Shown here in pieces: positions 1 through 7,040 of a stretch of 29,730 nucleotides of DNA (within the stretch, counting starts at the first letter, position 1; every line of letters starts with the position of its first letter). The DNA comes from a virus. Its lineage: Duplodnaviria > Caudoviricetes. A model generated the notes under the pieces. It worked only from the letters and a program-made list of their open reading frames with translations, had not been told where the DNA came from and ran no database searches. Where the stretch lies: positions 1-29,730 of the IMG/VR virus record IMGVR_UViG_3300017903_003478. One strand, given 5' to 3'. A program made the translations under genes and the position numbers.

Positions 1-62
1 CCAAACTTATTCTAGCTACTGATCAAAAATGGTATCGTAAATTTTGGCCTTTCAAAAAATAA
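1..62 (+). CDS. 3' end (partial) of another copy of the 97-aa hypothetical ORF at 1935-2228
   Basis: Reads ...KLILATDQKWYRKFWPFKK-TAA, identical in nucleotides to 2167-2228. Confidence 0.8.
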   Translation, partial: KLILATDQKWYRKFWPFKK

Positions 63-105
63 TTAACAAGTTCATCACTTTTTTTCAAAACTGCTCACTT
101 TTTTG

Positions 106-134
106 TTTACAATTGTGAAAAATCGGTGTATCAT
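106..134 (+). promoter_or_regulatory. sigma70-type early promoter P1 (copy 1)
   Basis: (G)TTTACA at 106-111, 17-nt spacer, TATCAT at 129-134; GTTTAC resembles the T4 early -35; T-tracts upstream. Confidence 0.75.
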
Positions 135-171
135 AATAGCATCATCTATATTTAGATGAAAGGAAATAATT

Positions 172-318
172 ATGGTTACAGTTAAAATTACATACCCGGA
201 TAACACAGTTGAGTATTGGTTCGAGTCTTTATCTAACTTCCATTCGGAGTTAAAAAGACTTCAAGGAATCCATAACAACAAAATCAAATTTGAGTTTATG
301 GACAACCAATTTGATTAA
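172..318 (+). CDS. 48-aa hypothetical early protein, copy 1 (not in ORF track): MVTVKITYPDNTVEYWFESLSNFHSELKRLQGIHNNKIKFEFMDNQFD
   Basis: AAAGGA SD upstream of ATG 172; directly downstream of P1; frame intact in both repeat copies. Confidence 0.8.
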   Translation: MVTVKITYPDNTVEYWFESLSNFHSELKRLQGIHNNKIKFEFMDNQFD

Positions 319-336
319 TGTGTTAATCATTTTTTT
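312..336 (+). terminator. AT-rich stem-loop plus U-tract (weak terminator-like element) before P2
   Basis: TGATTAA-TGTG-TTAATCA followed by T7; same element at 2478-2502. Confidence 0.4.
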
Positions 337-337
337 G

Positions 338-366
338 TTTACTTTTACAAAAAAGTATGGTAGAAT
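338..366 (+). promoter_or_regulatory. sigma70-type early promoter P2 (copy 1)
   Basis: (G)TTTACT 338-343, 17 nt, TGn-extended TAGAAT 361-366. Confidence 0.75.
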
Positions 367-402
367 ACTTATATAATAAAAATTTAAATGAAAGGAAATA
401 TT

Positions 403-660
403 ATGAAATCAAAAATTATTATCACTAAAGATATGTCAATGGATGATCGTTTAGAAGCTCTTAGAAAAGCTTCAAAAAAGTTCAATAAAAAGATTCAACG
501 TAATCATAAAATTAAAAGAACTGAAACTTCATTCATGGATAAGTTTTCCGATGGTGATAACATTCATGCATGGACAGATGGTCCTAAGTACCTTAACGAA
601 TATTACGGTGAAAAAGTTCGTGATCAAAATGAATATGAGTCTTACGAAGGTTGGAACTAA
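403..660 (+). CDS. hypothetical early protein (85 aa)
   Basis: ORF track 388-660; start revised to ATG 403 because the AAAGGA SD (391-396) lies after ATG 388. Confidence 0.8.
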   Translation: MKSKIIITKDMSMDDRLEALRKASKKFNKKIQRNHKIKRTETSFMDKFSDGDNIHAWTDGPKYLNEYYGEKVRDQNEYESYEGWN

Positions 661-914
661 TGTACTGTAAAGAAACTCGTAATAGGATTAAGCTTTCAAT
701 TGCTGCATATGCATATGAATTCAAAAACAATCCTATTATGAGTGATGCCGAGTTTGATGAGTTAGCTCTCAAAATCGATAAGTCCGTGAGTACTACTAAT
801 TCTCAAATGGATGAATTCTTTGCTACACATTTTCAACCAGATACTGGCATGTGGATACACCAGCATCCTGAGTTAGATAAACTTGATAATCTTTATGAAA
901 GGTATTACAGATGA
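660..914 (+). CDS. stand-alone NAD+-dependent DNA ligase N-terminal subdomain Ia-like protein
   Basis: AYAYEFKNNPIMSDAEFDEL resembles the LigA Ia motif YY..D.P.ISD.EYD.L; start at the TAATG overlap (660). Confidence 0.65.
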   Translation: MYCKETRNRIKLSIAAYAYEFKNNPIMSDAEFDELALKIDKSVSTTNSQMDEFFATHFQPDTGMWIHQHPELDKLDNLYERYYR

Positions 915-1264
915 CGATGCATTTAGTGCGCGGTATGAGCAGTATAAATACAAAGAAGCGCAAACAAAATAAAAAACCTGGGTGGCAAAAAGCACAGGCT
1001 GAGCATGATGCTTGGCTTATGAAAAGAGGCGTTCATCCTTCACAGTTAAAGAATAAGGAAAAGTATAGTGGTAACAAGGTCCCTAATTACAAGATCGATC
1101 GCGCAATCCCGACGTCGGACCGCATCACACCCATCCAAGGAAAAAAACAAGTTAACCAATACTCTGGAGACTACATCGTCGGTCTCACCACGTTACACAA
1201 GTCAAACATTGTTCCCGTGGGAAAAGGTGACGATCCCAAAGAGTATGCTAAAATGAGGAGATAG
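911..1264 (+). CDS. basic hypothetical phage protein (C-terminal LHKSNIVPV motif)
   Basis: 117-aa ORF coupled by ATGA overlap; C-terminal motif recalled from T4-like hypotheticals. Confidence 0.8.
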   Translation: MTMHLVRGMSSINTKKRKQNKKPGWQKAQAEHDAWLMKRGVHPSQLKNKEKYSGNKVPNYKIDRAIPTSDRITPIQGKKQVNQYSGDYIVGLTTLHKSNIVPVGKGDDPKEYAKMRR

Positions 1265-1266
1265 AA

Positions 1267-1491
1267 ATGGGTACTGCCCCTTTAGAAATTAATCTTGAAC
1301 CTTCAAAGCGTCCAAGAGACGAGTACATTTGGAAGAAGTGGAGAATTCAAATCGACCTTCATCCTGATACTACTCACTGGAACTGGATGATTGAAGAAGA
1401 GAATAATGGACCAGTATATTGGCATAATACAAATGACAGACCATCATATGCTGAAGTCCAAAGTTATATTAACAATCAGCCATGGGGATGA
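1267..1491 (+). CDS. hypothetical protein (74 aa, Trp-rich)
   Basis: GAGGAG SD upstream; tight packing. Confidence 0.75.
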   Translation: MGTAPLEINLEPSKRPRDEYIWKKWRIQIDLHPDTTHWNWMIEEENNGPVYWHNTNDRPSYAEVQSYINNQPWG

Positions 1492-1494
1492 TGG

Positions 1495-1938
1495 ATGATT
1501 GGTACAGCGTTAATGTGCCTTGCACTAAACGCGTATTGGGAAGCTAGGAATCAAGACTATCTTGGAATGATTGCAGTGAACCAAGTTGTTATGAATAGAG
1601 TTGCATCTGATTTATATCCCAATACAGAATGCGATGTAGTGTTTCAAGGACCAACACGACCATCTTGGAAAGATCCGAGTGTTGAATATCCAGTTCGTAA
1701 CCGATGTCAATTTAGTTGGTATTGCGACGGTAAGTCTGACGAAGTTCGTAAGAACGAAAAAGACCTCTGGTTTAAAGCTCTAAGTGCAGCAATGCAAGTC
1801 ATGTCTGGAACACATGACGATATTGTTGATGGAGCAATGTGGTATCACGCAGACTATGTAGATCCTGAGTGGAACAAAGATAAGGAGATTACAGCAATCA
1901 TTGGTAATCATATATTTTATAGGGAACCTAAAAAATGA
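1495..1938 (+). CDS. SleB/Hydrolase_2-family cell wall hydrolase
   Basis: CLALNAYWEARNQ (catalytic Glu), VVMNRV, CQFSWYCDGK, GAMWYHADYVDPEW, IGNHIFY. Confidence 0.92.
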   Translation: MIGTALMCLALNAYWEARNQDYLGMIAVNQVVMNRVASDLYPNTECDVVFQGPTRPSWKDPSVEYPVRNRCQFSWYCDGKSDEVRKNEKDLWFKALSAAMQVMSGTHDDIVDGAMWYHADYVDPEWNKDKEITAIIGNHIFYREPKK

Positions 1939-2228
1939 TGGGTAAAGATATCTGGGAGGACATAGAAATTGATACGTATGTCCTCCAAAACAAAATAAAT
2001 GAAATGGCTATGGAACTAATTGATCATTATGGAAAAGACCTTGACGAAGGTGATCTACTCAAGTTGAATGGATATAGCGATTACAATGGAGATCCAGCAG
2101 AGAAAGCTCTTTGCCTCGCGTGTCTTGAATATTATAAGACAAAGGGATATCCACCAGCTCCTCCGGCCAAACTTATTCTAGCTACTGATCAAAAATGGTA
2201 TCGTAAATTTTGGCCTTTCAAAAAATAA
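1935..2228 (+). CDS. hypothetical protein (97 aa)
   Basis: ATGA-coupled ORF; 3' end lies in repeat copy 2. Confidence 0.75.
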   Translation: MMGKDIWEDIEIDTYVLQNKINEMAMELIDHYGKDLDEGDLLKLNGYSDYNGDPAEKALCLACLEYYKTKGYPPAPPAKLILATDQKWYRKFWPFKK

Positions 2229-2271
2229 TTAACAAGTTCATCACTTTTTTTCAAAACTGCTCACTTTTTTG

Positions 2272-2300
2272 TTTACAATTGTGAAAAATCGGTGTATAAT
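2272..2300 (+). promoter_or_regulatory. sigma70-type early promoter P1 (copy 2)
   Basis: TTTACA-17 nt-TATAAT. Confidence 0.85.
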
Positions 2301-2337
2301 AATAGCATAATCAAAATTTAAATGAAAGGAAATAATT

Positions 2338-2484
2338 ATGGTTACAGTTAAAATTACATACCCGGATAACACAGTTGAGTATTGGTTCGAGTCTTTATCT
2401 AACTTCCATTCGGAGTTAAAAAGACTTCAAAAAATCCATAACAACAAAATCAAATTTGAGTTTATGGACAACCAATTTGATTAA
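2338..2484 (+). CDS. 48-aa hypothetical early protein, copy 2 (K32 instead of G32)
   Basis: Duplicate of 172-318 with SD; GGA/AAA difference at codon 32. Confidence 0.8.
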   Translation: MVTVKITYPDNTVEYWFESLSNFHSELKRLQKIHNNKIKFEFMDNQFD

Positions 2485-2503
2485 TGTGTTAATCATTTTT
2501 TTG

Positions 2504-2532
2504 TTTACTTTTACAAAAAAGTATGGTAGAAT
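2504..2532 (+). promoter_or_regulatory. sigma70-type early promoter P2 (copy 2)
   Basis: TTTACT-17 nt-TAGAAT, identical to 338-366, but followed by a different leader and gene. Confidence 0.75.
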
Positions 2533-2562
2533 ATAATTATAATAAAACATTAGGAGAGAGAA

Positions 2563-2799
2563 ATGTTTACAATTGAAATCGAAAGAGAAGCTATAGAGTA
2601 TTATCTCTATCATTTAGAAAATGAAAAAGGCCTTAAAGGTTTTACAAATAATTTTACACATGACGGCCTCAAAGGTTTAGTTGCTTTTGATATGTTCTGT
2701 ACTGATAATCCTGATTTTATGCTCGAACTTTGCTGCACATATCTTGATCATACCTCTGGTATAGAAGCTGAATTTCCACAAATGCCGGAGGTTGCGTAA
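2563..2799 (+). CDS. hypothetical acidic protein (78 aa)
   Basis: AGGAG SD; TAATG coupling to the next gene. Confidence 0.75.
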   Translation: MFTIEIEREAIEYYLYHLENEKGLKGFTNNFTHDGLKGLVAFDMFCTDNPDFMLELCCTYLDHTSGIEAEFPQMPEVA

Positions 2800-3941
2800 T
2801 GGGATTAACAGCATTAAAAGGTAAAAGACTTAAAAAGAAAGTTGCTAGATCAAGAGCACGTACTGGTTTAGCAGGTGTTCCTATTGATAAAGGTTTTGAA
2901 GCAGTCAAAGATTATTTTCATATCAACGTTGATAAAAAAGATTGTATTAGTCAAGTTAAGACATGGGTTAAGAAAAACTTTCCTGAGCCATCTAAATATA
3001 TTTTAGCGAATCCAGATTACAAATTTAGTATGACACATCATGCAGCTACTGCATTTTGGTATAATACTGAATTAAACAAAACACAAGAATCCGAGAAGGC
3101 TGCTAGCTATTTGTCTCATTTATTCGATAGGATGATACCTCTTATCGAAGAAGGCAAAGCTTTATATAATGCCAAAAAGTTGGAGTCAGATAACAATAAG
3201 GTTATCACCCTCTCTCCTCAACAACGACTCCAGCAAAAGATCAGTAACACGATAATGCAAGATCTCCTTTCTCTTGAAGACTCGTGGATCGAAGGTGAAC
3301 AGGCTTCTTTGGACGTCTACCAAGCTTTTGGTAGACATGGTCTAAGTGGTTCAGCCACTATTCCAGTACGTACGGTGGTTGAGGGCTGGTTATTAGATTA
3401 TGAGGACGCTTATCATAAGCGTTGCGATCAAGCAGTAGAAGGCTATTCTCATTTAAAACGATCAGAACTCAACCGTCGTATTAAAGAATGTCAAGCGATG
3501 TTGGCTGACTTAGATAGAATTAAAGCCGCAAGGAAAGCTACTCGAAAAGTTAAATTACCAAAAGTAGTAGCAATTGATAAACAAGTAGCTCGTATGAATT
3601 ATCAAAAAGAAAATTCTGAGTTTAAGATTGTATCAATTAATCCAATACAGATTGTCGGTAAAGTTCGATTGTTTGTATTCAATACAAAATACAAAGAGCT
3701 CTGTTACTATCAAACAGATGCACCAAACGGTTTCCAAGTATCTGGTTCTACGATTAAAAACTTTAATAAGAAAACCAGTATTAAAATTAAACTTCGAAAG
3801 CCATTGGAATTCTTACCTATCATTTTGAATAAGACACCAAATCAAATTCAAAAAGAATTAGATGGTTTAAGTACCAAAGGCAAAGAAGCAAATGGACGTA
3901 TCAATAAAGATACAATATTATTAAGGGTATTTGATAAATGA
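2799..3941 (+). CDS. hypothetical T4-like phage protein (380 aa) upstream of gp33
   Basis: Long ORF, GGAGG SD, coupled to gp33; function unknown. Confidence 0.85.
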   Translation: MGLTALKGKRLKKKVARSRARTGLAGVPIDKGFEAVKDYFHINVDKKDCISQVKTWVKKNFPEPSKYILANPDYKFSMTHHAATAFWYNTELNKTQESEKAASYLSHLFDRMIPLIEEGKALYNAKKLESDNNKVITLSPQQRLQQKISNTIMQDLLSLEDSWIEGEQASLDVYQAFGRHGLSGSATIPVRTVVEGWLLDYEDAYHKRCDQAVEGYSHLKRSELNRRIKECQAMLADLDRIKAARKATRKVKLPKVVAIDKQVARMNYQKENSEFKIVSINPIQIVGKVRLFVFNTKYKELCYYQTDAPNGFQVSGSTIKNFNKKTSIKIKLRKPLEFLPIILNKTPNQIQKELDGLSTKGKEANGRINKDTILLRVFDK

Positions 3942-4180
3942 CAATTGAACAAGAGTTTTTAACTAAATCTAAATTCACAGTGCTAATTGAGAAAACAGTC
4001 AGTGAATTGAAAATGAGTTATATGGATGCAGTTTTATATCTCTGCGAAAAGAATGATCTTGAACCAGAGGATATGAAAAAGTTTGTCTCACCAATTATAC
4101 GAGACAAAATCGAAGCCGAGGCAATGGCTCTAAACTTCTTGCCAAAACAAAACACGTTAGATTCTGCTTTTGCAGATTAA
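3938..4180 (+). CDS. gp33: late transcription co-activator gp33
   Basis: IE..V....MSYMDAV...CE.N.LEPE....I..KIEAEA..LN.L pattern; position before gp32. Confidence 0.88.
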   Translation: MTIEQEFLTKSKFTVLIEKTVSELKMSYMDAVLYLCEKNDLEPEDMKKFVSPIIRDKIEAEAMALNFLPKQNTLDSAFAD

Positions 4181-4195
4181 ACGTATATATAAATG

Positions 4196-4224
4196 TGTAC
4201 AACGACGCATGTACGTTGTATAAT
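4196..4224 (+). promoter_or_regulatory. sigma70-type promoter for gp32, overlapped by an inverted repeat
   Basis: TGTACA-17 nt-TATAAT; TACAACG...CGTTGTA at 4198-4220. Confidence 0.6.
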
Positions 4225-4261
4225 ATTACAGTAACATATTTCAGCAAATACGAGGTAACAT

Positions 4262-5149
4262 ATGTCTTTTGCAAATCTAAAACAAAACCGAGATCAAATC
4301 TCAAAACTTATCCAAGCAGCAGATCAAGCAGGTGGTGGTGAAAAGAAAAACTACGCCGATGAAAGAATCTGGAAACCAACAGTCGACAAAGCAGGTAATG
4401 GTTATGCCCTCCTCAGGTTCCTCCCAGCAGGTGAAGGTCAAGAACTTCCATGGGTTAGATACTGGGACCACGGTTTCAAGGGACCAACAGGTTTATGGTA
4501 TATCGAAAACAGCCTTACATCTATTGGCCAACCTGATCCTGTTGGTGAACTCAACTCCAAGCTCTGGAACTCAGGCATTGAATCTGATAAAGACCGAGCC
4601 AGAGACCAAAAGCGTAGACTCCATTACGTAGTTAATATGCTTGTCTTACAGGATCCATCAAATCCTGCAAATGAAGGTAAGGTATTCCTTTATAAGTTTG
4701 GTAAGAAAATCTTCGATAAGATTATGGATTCCATGCAACCAGAATTTGCCGATGAAAAGGCAGTCAATCCATTTGACTTCTGGGAAGGTGCGGACTTCAA
4801 ACTCAAAATCAGAAATGTTGAAGGTTATCGTAACTATGACAAATCTGAATTTGCATCGCCTAGTGCATTACACGAAGGTGATGATACTAAGTTGGAAGCA
4901 GTTTATAATCAACTACACGATTTATCTGAGTTTACTGATCCAAAGAACTATAAAACCTATGATGAGCTTAAAGCAAAGCTAGGTAGAGTTCTTGGTGAAG
5001 AAGCAATTGCAGGTGCGCCAACAATGGCACAAACTGCTCAGATGAATGAACCAGCTCCAGCTCCAATTACTCCAACTACGGCAGAAGATGTACCATCTGA
5101 AGATGATGATACTATGTCTTATTTTGCGAGATTGGCAAATGAAGAATAA
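4262..5149 (+). CDS. gp32: single-stranded DNA-binding protein gp32
   Basis: DERIWKPTVDKAGNGYA..RFLP, HGFKGPTG.WYIEN, YKFGKKIFDKI, NPFDFWEGADFKLKI, acidic tail ..SYFARLA. Confidence 0.97.
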   Translation: MSFANLKQNRDQISKLIQAADQAGGGEKKNYADERIWKPTVDKAGNGYALLRFLPAGEGQELPWVRYWDHGFKGPTGLWYIENSLTSIGQPDPVGELNSKLWNSGIESDKDRARDQKRRLHYVVNMLVLQDPSNPANEGKVFLYKFGKKIFDKIMDSMQPEFADEKAVNPFDFWEGADFKLKIRNVEGYRNYDKSEFASPSALHEGDDTKLEAVYNQLHDLSEFTDPKNYKTYDELKAKLGRVLGEEAIAGAPTMAQTAQMNEPAPAPITPTTAEDVPSEDDDTMSYFARLANEE

Positions 5150-5351
5150 GAACGTTTACCATAACTTTTATTCAGAGGACGGTGCTCGCGAGAGCGTCGT
5201 CTTCAAATACCCTAATGATGAAGCTTGGTATGTTGATTGTTATGAACATGGTCATCTGTCACAAACTCGAAAGATGGAAACAGATGGCATACTTCATAGT
5301 GAACAGTACGCTGAAGATTGCGCAGAAAATTGGGCACTTAAAATCTTTTAG
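5139..5351 (+). CDS. hypothetical protein (70 aa; HSEQYAEDCAENW motif)
   Basis: ORF track 5046-5351; start revised to ATG 5139, overlapping the gp32 end. Confidence 0.7.
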   Translation: MKNKNVYHNFYSEDGARESVVFKYPNDEAWYVDCYEHGHLSQTRKMETDGILHSEQYAEDCAENWALKIF

Positions 5352-6841
5352 AATAGACCAGCTCTACTATTACCAAAATTCATACGGCTAAACTGTGGAT
5401 CATTACCGTCAAAGGGACTTGCACTTTGCATAACCATGGTTTGGCTGTTAGCAGCTTGATTGCCACCGCTGTTTGTAGAATTATCTATATTGTTGACTGT
5501 CACTCCACTAGTCGGATTACCATCTGCTAACATACTAACGCTATCATCACCTCTTGTGCGGGCTCTTTCAACTTTTCGAGCAATTCGATTGCTACTTGCT
5601 CTTTCACGTTTAACCGCTTCTGCTTTTTCTTTTGTTTCATCGCCTTGATCAATTTTTAATTCTCTAATTTTATCACCAAGAAATTTTGTTCCTATTACTG
5701 GCAAGTTTTCAACAAAAAATGCTATGCCTTCAATTAATCCATTAATCAATCCAGTAATCATCTTTCCAATTAGATCTGAAAAACTAAAGTCATCTAAAAA
5801 CTTTTCAGCATCTTTAAAGCCAAATTTGCCTAATAGCCATGACACTGCACTTTTCAATAAGTCTAATGGCATACCAATAATAGATTGAAGCAAACCTGTT
5901 ATTGCACCAGCTAAACCTCCAAGAAATCCATCTTTTTCAAATCCTTCAATAGCTCCTTTAACTGTATCATACGCAGTCATGATTAATGTTATAGGAAAGA
6001 AAAGTCTACCTATTACTTTACCAATAGTGCCAAGTACAGTCATAAATTTACTACCTTCTTCAAAAATAGCAAATGCTGACTTGATAGTTTTCATAGCTTT
6101 TGAAGCTGCTTCTTGAGCTGTAACAAACGGAGCTTTAATTGTGTTCACAATCTTTGTAATTAAGCTTACGCCATCTTCACCGCCAGTAAAGATAGCTTTG
6201 AAAGGTTTGACTAAATCAGCCAAAGGTTCTAATGGAAACATAAACGCGTTTCGAATAAAGGTAACGACTCTTTGAACCATTCTACCTATGCCGGTTTTTG
6301 GATCACTCGCGAAGAAATTACGAATAGGTTGTATAGCTGCTTTGATTCCTTTCATAGCGTCATCAAACGCTTTTATTGATCGTGCTTTAAAGCTACTTCC
6401 AATTCTTTTTAAATCGTCTCCCATTCTAACAAATGGATCCAATAAAACTGTGAGAGCTTTACCAACATTTGTTCTTAATTTACCAAGGCCAGCTTTTACT
6501 AGATCTAATAACTTATCAAGTCTAAATAATTTTGCGTATGCTTTTAAAGAATCAACTAAACCAGAGATGATACCGGCAACAACTGCAATTAAGCCTAACA
6601 ATAATAGTTTTAATTTGCTATCATCTGGCTTATCTGCACTTGAAGCTACTTCTTGAGTAGCAGCAGCTTGTTGTTCACGCATAGCTTCTAGCAGCTTCAT
6701 GTTCGAAAGCGCCATTGCTTTTACAAATTGATTTACAATTGTTGTTAACCTATCAACACTTGCAACAATTCTTGAAGCACCGTCCATTTCATTATCATTC
6801 GCTACTTTTAGCGTTTGATTTACTTCTGCTAGAGTTGCCAT
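5348..6841 (-). CDS. putative tail tape-measure / gp29-like hub protein
   Basis: 497 aa, helical, Gly/Ala/hydrophobic-rich with membrane-like segments and a low-complexity N/S/T tail; follows gp26/gp51. Function inferred from composition and position. Confidence 0.6.
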   Translation of the reverse strand: MATLAEVNQTLKVANDNEMDGASRIVASVDRLTTIVNQFVKAMALSNMKLLEAMREQQAAATQEVASSADKPDDSKLKLLLLGLIAVVAGIISGLVDSLKAYAKLFRLDKLLDLVKAGLGKLRTNVGKALTVLLDPFVRMGDDLKRIGSSFKARSIKAFDDAMKGIKAAIQPIRNFFASDPKTGIGRMVQRVVTFIRNAFMFPLEPLADLVKPFKAIFTGGEDGVSLITKIVNTIKAPFVTAQEAASKAMKTIKSAFAIFEEGSKFMTVLGTIGKVIGRLFFPITLIMTAYDTVKGAIEGFEKDGFLGGLAGAITGLLQSIIGMPLDLLKSAVSWLLGKFGFKDAEKFLDDFSFSDLIGKMITGLINGLIEGIAFFVENLPVIGTKFLGDKIRELKIDQGDETKEKAEAVKRERASSNRIARKVERARTRGDDSVSMLADGNPTSGVTVNNIDNSTNSGGNQAANSQTMVMQSASPFDGNDPQFSRMNFGNSRAGLF

Positions 6842-6843
6842 AT

Positions 6844-7002
6844 CTACCTCATTTTTGCCTTAGACATTTCTTGGTCTCTTTTTTGTTTCTCTTCTTTAAT
6901 GTGGTTGAGAAGTAATGCCACATATATTTCTCTTTCAAATGGTAACATATTCTCTATCTCAGTCAAGCTCCAATTCCAGTGAGTCATTAAATTGAAGTTC
7001 AT
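6844..7002 (-). CDS. gp51: gp51-like baseplate hub assembly catalyst (not in ORF track); frame is open back through the gp26 end
   Basis: Manual translation MNFNLMTHWNWSLTEIENMLPFEREIYVALLLNHIKEEKQKRDQEMSKAKMR; NF.LM....SLTEIENM.P.ER.IY motif. Confidence 0.85.
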   Translation of the reverse strand: MNFNLMTHWNWSLTEIENMLPFEREIYVALLLNHIKEEKQKRDQEMSKAKMR

Positions 7003-7040
7003 CTTATAGTGGTTCTCAAGATTATCGTGAGATAGAGCTA

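Larger units (their letters stand above)
1..367 (+). repeat. 367-bp direct repeat, copy 1 (may extend beyond window start); copy 2 at 2167-2533
   Basis: Manual alignment at offset 2166: no gaps, 7 mismatches (132, 143, 147, 149, 155, 265, 266). Confidence 0.97.
2167..2533 (+). repeat. 367-bp direct repeat, copy 2
   Basis: Matches 1-367 with 7 substitutions, all A in this copy. Confidence 0.97.

Noticed and set aside
1489-1497. In-frame TGA read-through joining the 74-aa ORF to SleB
   Set aside because: SleB is complete from ATG 1495 with a purine-rich SD-like run upstream; no sign of recoding elsewhere, as all three stop codons terminate genes normally.
2565-2597. GTTTACAATTG matching the P1 -35 region at the start of the 78-aa gene
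   Set aside because: No -10 box at 16-18 nt; it encodes MFTI.
2416-2613. 65-aa minus-strand ORF
   Set aside because: Antisense to promoter P2 and two SD-bearing plus-strand ORFs.
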